Assembly (NCBI GenBank): GCA_041394025.1 | Contig: JAWKJA010000003.1 | Coordinates: forward strand, 79,397-143,396 | DNA from: Acidimicrobiia bacterium | GTDB taxonomy: Bacteria > Actinomycetota > Acidimicrobiia > IMCC26256 > JAOSJL01 | Length of the DNA: 64,000 nt | Direction of reading: 5' to 3' | In this document: positions 36,984-44,515 of the stretch, piece after piece | Position numbering within the stretch: the stretch's first letter is position 1 | Layout: each line of letters begins with the position of its first letter | Program-made: the position numbers and the translations under genes | Notes under the pieces: model-generated | The model's database searches: none | Told to the model about the DNA's origin: nothing | The model's input: the letters and a program-made list of their open reading frames with translations, nothing else

Positions 36984-37187
36984 TCAACGACTGCGCTTGT
37001 CGATCCACGCTCGTAGTTCCTGGCGAAGCCAGAACTGGCAGCGGCCGGAGGCGCGTTCGAGCACCGGGCCCGGGAAGTCCTCGTATCGCTTTCGGTACAC
37101 GCTGACGGCTCCTTGGCTGCTGAGCCCGAGAAGCTCGGCGACCTGCGTTGCGTCGAGAAGATCGTCGAGGTCTACGCGTCTGGCCAT
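36984..37187 (-). CDS. excisionase/AlpA-MerR-like helix-turn-helix DNA-binding protein
   Basis: 67 aa: DLLDATQVAELLGLSSQGAVSVYRKRYEDFPGPV....WLRQELRAWIDKR. Divergent from the integrase-like gene. Confidence 0.6.
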   Translation of the reverse strand: MARRVDLDDLLDATQVAELLGLSSQGAVSVYRKRYEDFPGPVLERASGRCQFWLRQELRAWIDKRSR

Positions 37188-37196
37188 GAAGCCTCA

Positions 37197-37207
37197 ATGT
37201 AGTTGCA
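37197..37207 (-). promoter_or_regulatory. TGCAACTACAT 11-mer (minus strand) just upstream of the xis-like RBS; identical to the core of repeat r1 at 18402-18412
   Basis: Plus strand reads ATGTAGTTGCA. It is followed by AGTTG..CAACT and GTAC-TGTT-GTAC symmetric elements in the 126-nt divergent region. Confidence 0.3.
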
Positions 37208-37313
37208 TTGCGACAACTGGGCGGAGTACTGTTGTACTACCACAACACAGAAGTGGCCCCGGCGGTGCGCCAACACCCCGGGGCCTGGCCGGAACCCGGC
37301 GAGGGGTCCCGAC

Positions 37314-38228
37314 ATGGACAAGAGTAGGACGCAGAGCGTTGGGCCGCGTGAACGACGCGGACCAGGGATCGGCGAATGCGTCGCGCTTGTCGAGGCCGAA
37401 ATCGGTCGGCGGGGTCTCCTCTCCGAGCAGAGCCATCCCCGGATCATCGACCTCCTAGCTCGTTTCAGCGACTTCTGCGTTGCGGGGCACAACCTCGAGC
37501 GGCTCTTCGATGCCGAACCCAACGTGGTCGAGGAGTTCGTTCGAACGAGGGTCGCCGGGGATGTTCCGGCGGCGGCCACGATGCACATGCGCCGGTCGGC
37601 GATCCGGCTGCTCTTCCGGATCGGTCGAGAACTGGGAGTGGCAACCGGTGATCCGACACTGGATCTCGAGCTTCCACCTCGATCCCGCAGCAAGGGTCGG
37701 CCACTCACGGACGACGAGGTAGCGCTTTGCCGCAGCGCTTCGGTCCACACGTTGTCTTCGACGCGACCCTCAGCGTCGTGGGCGCTTGCCGAGGCGACCG
37801 CGACCACTTCCGAGATCCCTCTCGTCCGTTGCGGAGATGTAGATCTCGAGCACGAACGGGTGTGGCTTCGTGGCGGCCGGTCGACTGCCGCCCGGTGGGG
37901 TGAGTTCTCGAGCTGGGGTGTCGCCCAGGCCGGCCGCCGCCTCGATGCGCTCAGAAGGACCACACGAACGGAGCCGCTCGTCTACGAGGGGTCCGGTTCC
38001 GCGCAGAGCCGCCAAGCCTCCGCCTGCGCCGCGATCAGCCAGGTGGTGGGCTGGGCAGGACTCGGCAATGAGCCCGATCTGCGGCCGGCGTCGGTCACAG
38101 CGTGGGCCGGCGCCCAGCTGCTCGATGACGGTTACCCGATCGATGAGGTGGCGAGACGCCTCGGACGGCGAAGTCTCGACCGGACAGCAGAACTGATCTG
38201 CTGGGACTGGCGAGATACCGATGGGTAG
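37314..38228 (+). CDS. tyrosine-recombinase-like protein with apparently degenerate catalytic residues
   Basis: Internal ATG 37314 of ORF 37203..38228. Phage-integrase layout is readable (GRPLTDDEVALC, ATTSEIPLVRCGDVDL, RGGRSTAARWGEF). Where HxxR, LGHxS and the terminal Tyr are expected I read DLRPASVTAWAG, LGRRS and TAELICWDW. Confidence 0.55.
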   Translation: MDKSRTQSVGPRERRGPGIGECVALVEAEIGRRGLLSEQSHPRIIDLLARFSDFCVAGHNLERLFDAEPNVVEEFVRTRVAGDVPAAATMHMRRSAIRLLFRIGRELGVATGDPTLDLELPPRSRSKGRPLTDDEVALCRSASVHTLSSTRPSASWALAEATATTSEIPLVRCGDVDLEHERVWLRGGRSTAARWGEFSSWGVAQAGRRLDALRRTTRTEPLVYEGSGSAQSRQASACAAISQVVGWAGLGNEPDLRPASVTAWAGAQLLDDGYPIDEVARRLGRRSLDRTAELICWDWRDTDG

Positions 38229-39657
38229 ACCGCGAGTTGGTGTGTCTGCCTTCGAACGGATCGAGGCGATCCTGTCCAACCCCGAGATCTACGAGCTGGG
38301 GGAACTCGTCCCAGCTCAGGATCCATCGGCAGGTGGTCGGCGGCGCACCTATCCCGATTTCATGCTGATCCTCTACGAGGCTCTGATCTCCGTCTACGGC
38401 TCGGCACGCCAGGTCGAAGCCGAGCTCGCACACCCCAAGGTGTGGTCATTCATCCGCACACACGTGCGGAAGATGCACCCACGAAGACGAGACCTGCACC
38501 TACCTCGCGAGCCGATGCGACGACATCACTACATCTACGGCCGCAACCGCTACCTCGCCGACCCCGAACTCCTCGAGCAGTTCGTCGACGCTCACCGACA
38601 GGCCGCTGCGCGCACAGCGAGAGAGGTCGGGCTCTTGGACCCCAACGGCCCCGGCTCGTTCACCCGCCCCCACCGGAGTCGTCTCCTCTATGGAGACGGC
38701 AAGGTCGTCACGCCGCTGTTCAAGGCCAAGCCGGGCGAAACACGCGTCGACACAGAAACCGGCGAAGTGATCCCGAAGCGCCATGAGCCTGATGCCGGAC
38801 TGCATTTCGAGGGGACCGGCGAAACAGCGTGGGGAACCAAGTTCGTCCTCGTCGCCGCACGCGGCGAAACCGAGCACTCGCGGGTCATTCTCGACTTCGA
38901 GAGCGTGCCCAAACCTGGAGCGGAAGCAACGACCGCTCTCGAGTGCATCCGACGCACCACTCCCCTCGTCCCCGGTGCCACCGGCGTCGTCTACGACACC
39001 GCCTTCCGAGGCACACACCACCAGACGCTGCTACGAGAGCTCGGCCTGCTCCCCATTAACCGCGTCACAGCTGCCAAAGCCGACGCCAACAGGCCACGAC
39101 GCGGCGAAGGCAGGCGCGTCGAGAAGACGGTCCGCATCGAAGACAAGACCGTGACGCTCCCCGATGGCTCCAAGGCCTCGATCACCCTCTACGCCCGAGG
39201 CGGTGGAGTCGGGATCGGACGACTCGACGACCGCGGCAACATGGGCTTCGTCGAGCTCCGCCGGATCCGCACGCAACGAGCAAGAGACCAGTCCGGCAAG
39301 TACCGCTGGTATAACCACTACGCCCTCCCCGCCGAATACGGCGACACGACGATCACCGTCCGGCTCCACGGCACCGCCGACGACGACCAACGCGGACTCA
39401 ACCGCCCCGAGAACGTCCGGCCCATCCCGCCGACCGATCCCGACTTCACCGAGCTCTTCCGCCGTCGCAACGACGCCGAATCCATCAACCGAGCCCTCGA
39501 CGACACCCTCTATCTCAGAAGGGCCCACAGCATCGGCCACCACCGGCAGCTCGTGAACGTCCTCGGCTACGCGCTGATGGTCAACTCGCTCACGCTCCAC
39601 CGCCACCGGCATCGTCACCGAGGCCGACCACCTGACCGGCTGGCCACCGCCGCCTGA
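38221..39657 (+). CDS. IS4/IS5-superfamily (DDE_Tnp_1-like) transposase-like protein, 478 aa
   Basis: 8-nt overlap with the upstream gene. C-terminal FRRRNDAESINRALDD fits the Y-x2-R-x3-E-x6-K/D transposase signature (compare YKxRNxVERFFxxLK). Candidate Asp in VVYDTAFRG. Confidence 0.55.
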   Translation: MGRPRVGVSAFERIEAILSNPEIYELGELVPAQDPSAGGRRRTYPDFMLILYEALISVYGSARQVEAELAHPKVWSFIRTHVRKMHPRRRDLHLPREPMRRHHYIYGRNRYLADPELLEQFVDAHRQAAARTAREVGLLDPNGPGSFTRPHRSRLLYGDGKVVTPLFKAKPGETRVDTETGEVIPKRHEPDAGLHFEGTGETAWGTKFVLVAARGETEHSRVILDFESVPKPGAEATTALECIRRTTPLVPGATGVVYDTAFRGTHHQTLLRELGLLPINRVTAAKADANRPRRGEGRRVEKTVRIEDKTVTLPDGSKASITLYARGGGVGIGRLDDRGNMGFVELRRIRTQRARDQSGKYRWYNHYALPAEYGDTTITVRLHGTADDDQRGLNRPENVRPIPPTDPDFTELFRRRNDAESINRALDDTLYLRRAHSIGHHRQLVNVLGYALMVNSLTLHRHRHRHRGRPPDRLATAA

Positions 39658-39749
39658 ATCTTCCTCGGCGTTCGAACCGGCGAGATCAGCGCGCTGGAGC
39701 ACGCTCGAATCCGCGCGACTGACCTCCACGGACCTCCGAAACGCCTCGG

Positions 39750-39833
39750 GGCCAGTAGATTCGACGCAGAATCGGGTGTCGATCAACGTGCCGAGTGGTT
39801 TTCGACCACGTTTTCTACATGCCCCGCCCTCGT
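39750..39833 (+). repeat. repeat copy C: 84-nt segment running into the intact tRNA-Arg
   Basis: GGCCAGTAGATTC...GGTTTTCGACCACGTTTTCTACATGCCCCGCCCTCGT. The last 37 nt are identical to copy A. The last 8 nt are tRNA positions 1-8. Confidence 0.85.
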
Positions 39834-39898
39834 AGCTCAGGGGATAGAGCACCGGTTTCCTAAACCGGGTGTCGCAGGTTCGATTCCTGCCGAGGGCG
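39826..39898 (+). tRNA. tRNA-Arg (anticodon CCT)
   Basis: Manual cloverleaf: acceptor GCCCTCG/CGAGGGC, D arm GCTC-AGGGGATA-GAGC, anticodon arm CCGGT-TTCCTAA-ACCGG, variable GTGTC, T arm GCAGG-TTCGATT-CCTGC, discriminator G. No encoded CCA. Confidence 0.9.
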
Positions 39899-39943
39899 CT
39901 CAGAGGAACGCTCCCACTCCGCCTGACACTGGAGACCCGAATC

Positions 39944-40204
39944 GTGTCGATCCTCGAGACCCGGTACGCGGAGGCCGACGAAGGCGTGCGCATCGCGTAC
40001 CAGGTGTTCGGCGACGGCGACGTGGGCCTGGCGCTCATCCCGGGCTTCGTGTCGCATCTCGAGTTCCTCGGGGAGTACCCGCCCTTCGCCGACCTGCGCG
40101 CGGGCTGGGTTCGTTCGCACGAGTCATCGCGCTCGACAGGCGTGGGACGGGGTTGTCCGATCCGGTGACCAGCCTGCCCGGTCTGTCGTTCGAGGACCGG
40201 GGTG
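39944..40204 (+). pseudogene. alpha/beta-hydrolase N-terminal fragment (frameshifted, then truncated)
   Basis: VSILETRYAEADEGVRIAYQVFGDGDVGLALIPGFVSHLEFLGEYPPFA, then in a shifted frame LGSFARVIALDRRGTGLSDPV..LSFEDR. No nucleophile-elbow region follows. Confidence 0.5.
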
Positions 40205-40280
40205 AACACAGCTCGAGGGGGTCGACGGCTCATGGCGCCTTCGGGCTGACAGACTGACAGCGTCGACCAGAGGAGTCACC

Positions 40281-41009
40281 GTGGCGCGTTGGGTCCGTCA
40301 GTCGCTCGTCGTCATCACCGCCGCCGCGCTCGTCGGCGCCGGGTGCGCGAGCGATCCGACCGAGGCACCGACCGTCGCCGACGGAACGCCGGCTGAGCCG
40401 GCGGAGTACGCGGAGCAGGCCGGCGCGATCTGCGATGAAACGGTCGATGCTGCGGAGTCGGCGTCTGCAGACGACGATGACCCCGGTCGTGCAGCCGAGC
40501 TCCTCCGCACCGGCGCCGAGGAGCTCGCGGCCCTCACGCCCCCCGCCGATCGACGCGAGATGGCGCAGGCGCTCGTCGACTCGCTCGCTGCCTATGCCGA
40601 TCTCTACGGGCGAAGGGACGAGAACCGCGAGGAGTTCAGCCAAGACCAAAACGAGCTCGCCATCGTGATTCGCGTGCGCGCCACAGGCCTCGACGCCGAA
40701 TGCCCGTCCGCCGGGATCCAGATCGCGGAACCCGAACCGCCCCAGGAGGGCCTCGGTACATTCAGCGAAGATGAGTTCGGCGTCGACCCCGAAGCCGACG
40801 CGCTGGCGCAGCGCTGCTTCGAAGGGGAGCTGGCTGCATGTGACGAAGTGTCCGAGACCGACGCCTACCGCCTTTACGGCGTCATGTGTGGCGGCCGCAT
40901 CGCCCATGAAGAGGCCAACAACAACTATGACTGTGTCGAAACCTTCGTGGGCGACGAACCCGTCCGAGGACAGGTGGTCGTCGGCGTATCCGGCGACGAC
41001 GTCTTTTGA
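40281..41009 (+). CDS. acidic Cys-containing lipoprotein of unknown function (tandem paralog 1)
   Basis: GTG start after AGAGGAG. Lipobox ALVGAGCAS. Shares AEEYA..ICDE, LTPP.DR, AQ.CFEG.LAACEEV, FVG.EPVRGQV with the next gene. Confidence 0.65.
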   Translation: MARWVRQSLVVITAAALVGAGCASDPTEAPTVADGTPAEPAEYAEQAGAICDETVDAAESASADDDDPGRAAELLRTGAEELAALTPPADRREMAQALVDSLAAYADLYGRRDENREEFSQDQNELAIVIRVRATGLDAECPSAGIQIAEPEPPQEGLGTFSEDEFGVDPEADALAQRCFEGELAACDEVSETDAYRLYGVMCGGRIAHEEANNNYDCVETFVGDEPVRGQVVVGVSGDDVF

Positions 41010-41166
41010 TGGAGACGACGACTTCTGACGGATGGTTCGTCGAACGCCGCGTCGTCGGCTCCGGTCTGTCGTCCGAGGACAGCGGCAAGCACGAGCTCGA
41101 GGGCGTCGGCGGCTCATGGCGCCTGCTCACGCTGACAAACTGATGCATGGACCGAGAGGAGTCGCC

Positions 41167-41952
41167 GTGCCGCGTTGGTTCTGTCAGTCGCTCATCGTCG
41201 TCACCGCTGGCGCGCTCGTCGTGGCTGCCTGTGGCGACAAGTCTTCCACGTCGCCGTCGGTTTCGGAAGGGACCCCGATGAGCGCGGAGGAGTACGCGGC
41301 CGAGGTCACCCGCATCTGCGACGAGGCGGTGGCCGGCGCCGACGATGCCATCGACTCTGCCGACGACGTCTACGACATCGACGCCGCCGCCGAGGCGCTC
41401 AGGAACGGTGCCGAGGAGCTGGCCTCCCTGACCCCTCCCGACGACCGCGCCGACATGGGCCAGGCGCTGGTCGACTCGCTCACCGAGTACGCGGAGCTCG
41501 TGAAGGTCGCCGACAAGAACCCCGAGGAGTACAGCCAGAACCAGAACGCCCTCGAGCTGACGATCTCGGTCCGTGTCGTCGGGCTCGACGCGCGATGCGA
41601 GGAAGTGCCCTACGTCCTGGAGCCACCGACACCTCCCGAGGACGGCCTCGACTCCTACTACGACGTCGAGTTCGGCGATGACCCCGAGGCGGACTCGCTG
41701 GCGCAGGAGTGTTTCGAGGGTTCGCTCGCGGCGTGCGAAGAGGTTCGACACGTCGATGCCTACCGTGGGTATGGCGTCACGTGTGGCGAACGCGTCTACA
41801 TCGAGGAAGCCAATGCGTGGCCTCTCTGCACCGAGCTGTTCGTGGGTGAGGAACCAGTGCGCGGCCAGGTTCTGACCGAACCTGTGGAGACCGAGTGGTG
41901 CGCCACCGACGACTGCGAACCGACGGGATGGCCCCCTTCAGGTGATGAATAG
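41167..41952 (+). CDS. acidic Cys-containing lipoprotein of unknown function (tandem paralog 2)
   Basis: GTG 41167 inside ORF 41032..41952, homologous to the paralog 1 start. Lipobox ALVVAACGD. Confidence 0.65.
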   Translation: MPRWFCQSLIVVTAGALVVAACGDKSSTSPSVSEGTPMSAEEYAAEVTRICDEAVAGADDAIDSADDVYDIDAAAEALRNGAEELASLTPPDDRADMGQALVDSLTEYAELVKVADKNPEEYSQNQNALELTISVRVVGLDARCEEVPYVLEPPTPPEDGLDSYYDVEFGDDPEADSLAQECFEGSLAACEEVRHVDAYRGYGVTCGERVYIEEANAWPLCTELFVGEEPVRGQVLTEPVETEWCATDDCEPTGWPPSGDE

Positions 41953-42000
41953 GGGCAGCCGGACCATCAGGTTACGGGGCCACGTGCCGATGGTTCCCCC

Positions 42001-43350
42001 ATGGCAACAACCAAGAGAAGTCGTGCACTGCTCCGCGCCTGTGCCGCTCTGACGACCCTGCTCCTGCTTGCCACCGCCTGCGATTCAGGCTCTGAGTCGA
42101 GCAGCGACGCGACGGGCGACGAGGCTACGAGCGTCGGCACCGGCTCAGACACCGACACGGCGGCGTCGATCGAGGTTCCCGACGCCTACACGGCGGTCGT
42201 CGCCGATGTCCTGGGCGCCCCCACCTACCCCTTCCTCGGGACCGACGGCGACTACCACGTCGCCTACGACCTCGGCCTCCAGAACACCTCCGTCGGCGTC
42301 GATGCCACGATCACCCAGATCGAGGTCGTCGCCGCCGACGACCCGAGCACCGTGGTCCACACCGTCGCGGGTGGTGCACTGGTCGACCCGGACTGCGTTG
42401 TCGGCGACTGCGACCGGCTCCGGAACCTCACGGGGCAGCCCGTGGAGAGCTCGACCATCGAGCCCCAGGGTGGCCGCATGGTCTTCATCGACTTCAGTGC
42501 CCCCGAGCGTGAGGACCTGCCGGACAACGTCCTCCACCGGATCGTCGGGCAGGGCGCGACCTCTCCGGCGTCACAGGAGCCGAGCGACATCGACTACCTG
42601 GCCGCGCCCTACGACATCTCCGCCGGTGAGGCCCCGGTGATCGGTCCGCCACTCGCCGGCGACAACTGGGTGGCTCTCAACGGATGCTGTGATCCCGGGT
42701 TCCCGCACCGCTCCAGCCCCGGGCCCTTCAACGGCAAGATCGTGAACGGTCAGCGGTTCGCCATCGACTGGAAACAGATGAACGACGACGGTGAGTTCTT
42801 CGAGGGCGATCCCAACAGCAACGAGAGCTATGTCGACTACGGAGCCGACATTCTCGCGGTCGCCGACGGAACCGTCGTGGCGACCCTCGACGGCATGCCC
42901 GCCAACGAACCGGGGGTGCTTCCCGCCGACGACCCGGAGCTCCGCGACCAGCTCACCGTGGAGACCGTGGACGGCAACCACATCGTGCTCGACCTCGGCA
43001 ACGGCGTGTACGCCTTCTACGCGCACCTCCAGGCCGGTACGCTCGAGGTGGAGGAGGGTGACACGGTCGAGCGCGGCGACAAGCTCGCCGAGCTGGGCAA
43101 CACCGGCAACGCCAACGCGTCGCACCTCCACTTCCACCTGATGGACGGGCCCTCGGTGCTGGGCTCCAACGGGCTCCCCTACGTCATCGACGAGTTCGAC
43201 TTCGCCGGGCAGGTCGATCCACAGACGCTCATCGACAGCGACGACTTCCTCTCGGGCGAGTACAACACCGGGCAGCTCGCCGATCCCGAGTCGCGCACCG
43301 ACGAGTCGCCCCTCCAGCTGAACATCATCGACTTCCCCGCCGGCGGGTAG
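42001..43350 (+). CDS. M23-family metallopeptidase lipoprotein
   Basis: Lipobox LLLATACDS. C-terminal GADILAVADGTVV...HIVLDLGNGVYAFYAHL...GNTGNANASHLHFHL. Confidence 0.8.
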   Translation: MATTKRSRALLRACAALTTLLLLATACDSGSESSSDATGDEATSVGTGSDTDTAASIEVPDAYTAVVADVLGAPTYPFLGTDGDYHVAYDLGLQNTSVGVDATITQIEVVAADDPSTVVHTVAGGALVDPDCVVGDCDRLRNLTGQPVESSTIEPQGGRMVFIDFSAPEREDLPDNVLHRIVGQGATSPASQEPSDIDYLAAPYDISAGEAPVIGPPLAGDNWVALNGCCDPGFPHRSSPGPFNGKIVNGQRFAIDWKQMNDDGEFFEGDPNSNESYVDYGADILAVADGTVVATLDGMPANEPGVLPADDPELRDQLTVETVDGNHIVLDLGNGVYAFYAHLQAGTLEVEEGDTVERGDKLAELGNTGNANASHLHFHLMDGPSVLGSNGLPYVIDEFDFAGQVDPQTLIDSDDFLSGEYNTGQLADPESRTDESPLQLNIIDFPAGG

Positions 43351-43466
43351 TCCCGGCTCCGCGTCCCCGCACGACGGATCGTCGATTCCCCATCGGAGCT
43401 CCACGGGGTCCGCCCGGCGCTCCCGCCGAGTCGTCCGGGCCCCTGCATGCGAGACTCCGGAGGACC

Positions 43467-44000
43467 ATGAGCCCCGAGGACACGCCGCTCGAACCGACTG
43501 ACCAGACCGACCGGGGACCCCGGTCCGGGATGATCGCCTACACCGTGATGCTCGGCATCGGTGTCGTGCTCGTTCTCGCTGCGGCCGTCACGACCTTCCT
43601 CGCTGTACGTGCCGAGTGGCAAACGGCCGACGCCGAGGCTGACACACGATCGGCCGAGGAGGATCTCTCCGACACGAACGCCGACACGGCCGACCTCGTG
43701 GCCCGACAGGCCGACATCCAGGCGGCAGCCGCCCAGCAGTCGGCCCTCCGGGCGCAGGTCGTCGAAGCCTGGAATGCCGTGGCCGGCGCCAACGACGCCG
43801 CACTCGCAGCGGCCACCCGTGCCGTCGACCTCTTCAACGACGGTGATGTGGTGCAGGCGAGGCAGATCCTCGACACCGAGGCCGGTGGTGCTCTCGAAAC
43901 CGCCGAGCAGGACCTGGAGGCGCTCCGGGACGAGGCGAAGACACTCGAGGCTGCCGTGGACGAGCTCCGGGGACTGCTGGCCGACGCGGGGCAGCCATGA
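43467..44000 (+). CDS. single-pass membrane protein with Ala/Asp/Glu-rich coiled-coil ectodomain
   Basis: TM helix YTVMLGIGVVLVLAAAVTTFLAV. 4-nt overlap with the next gene. Confidence 0.5.
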   Translation: MSPEDTPLEPTDQTDRGPRSGMIAYTVMLGIGVVLVLAAAVTTFLAVRAEWQTADAEADTRSAEEDLSDTNADTADLVARQADIQAAAAQQSALRAQVVEAWNAVAGANDAALAAATRAVDLFNDGDVVQARQILDTEAGGALETAEQDLEALRDEAKTLEAAVDELRGLLADAGQP

Positions 44001-44512
44001 CACGGATCGAACCCACCTCTGCCGGGCCTCCGGCCGGGTGGAGGGGGACGACCGCCCGACCACCGACCTCCCCCGTCGAGACACCCGACCGGCAGCACAC
44101 GCTGGCGTGGGTGTCGGTCTTCGCTCTCGTGTTCGGCGGTGTGGCACTCGCGCTCGCCCTTCTATGGGTCTCGAGAGTGGGAGACGCCCGCGACGAGGCG
44201 CGGGCGTCGAGGACCGCTGCCGAGGAGGCTCTGGGGGGCGCCCGGAGCGAGCGCGCGGAGGCTCGGTCCTCGCTCGACGCGACGGTCGACGAAGCCGACG
44301 GTGTCGCAGGCACCAGCGAGGAGTTCCTCGACATCAACCAGCAGATGATCGACACGGCCGCCGAGCAGATCCTCGTGTCGTACTCGCTGATCGAGACGAA
44401 CACCCGGGGCGACGCAACCGCCTACAACGACCTCGCCGCCGAGGCACGGCGTCTCGCCGACACGGTCAACGACCTCGCGGCCCAGAGCAACTCACTGCTC
44501 CAACCCGACTGA
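43997..44512 (+). CDS. single-pass membrane protein with coiled-coil ectodomain
   Basis: TM helix LAWVSVFALVFGGVALALALLWV. Composition similar to the upstream gene. Confidence 0.5.
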   Translation: MTRIEPTSAGPPAGWRGTTARPPTSPVETPDRQHTLAWVSVFALVFGGVALALALLWVSRVGDARDEARASRTAAEEALGGARSERAEARSSLDATVDEADGVAGTSEEFLDINQQMIDTAAEQILVSYSLIETNTRGDATAYNDLAAEARRLADTVNDLAAQSNSLLQPD

Positions 44513-44515
44513 CGG

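Larger units (their letters stand above)
16972..39749. mobile_element. putative integrated segment Y (between repeat copies B and C, about 22.8 kb): copper/redox resistance island with IS debris and an xis/int-like/DDE module at the tRNA-proximal end
   Basis: Bounded by direct repeats B and C. Carries metal-resistance cargo, nested IS elements, pseudogenes, and recombination genes adjacent to tRNA-Arg. Confidence 0.5.

Noticed and set aside
39031-40233. 400-aa minus-strand ORF spanning the DDE gene end, the repeat, the tRNA and the hydrolase fragment.
   Set aside because: It runs antisense through a well-formed tRNA and a plausible coding region and has low-complexity Arg/Gly/Pro content. 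It is a shadow ORF.
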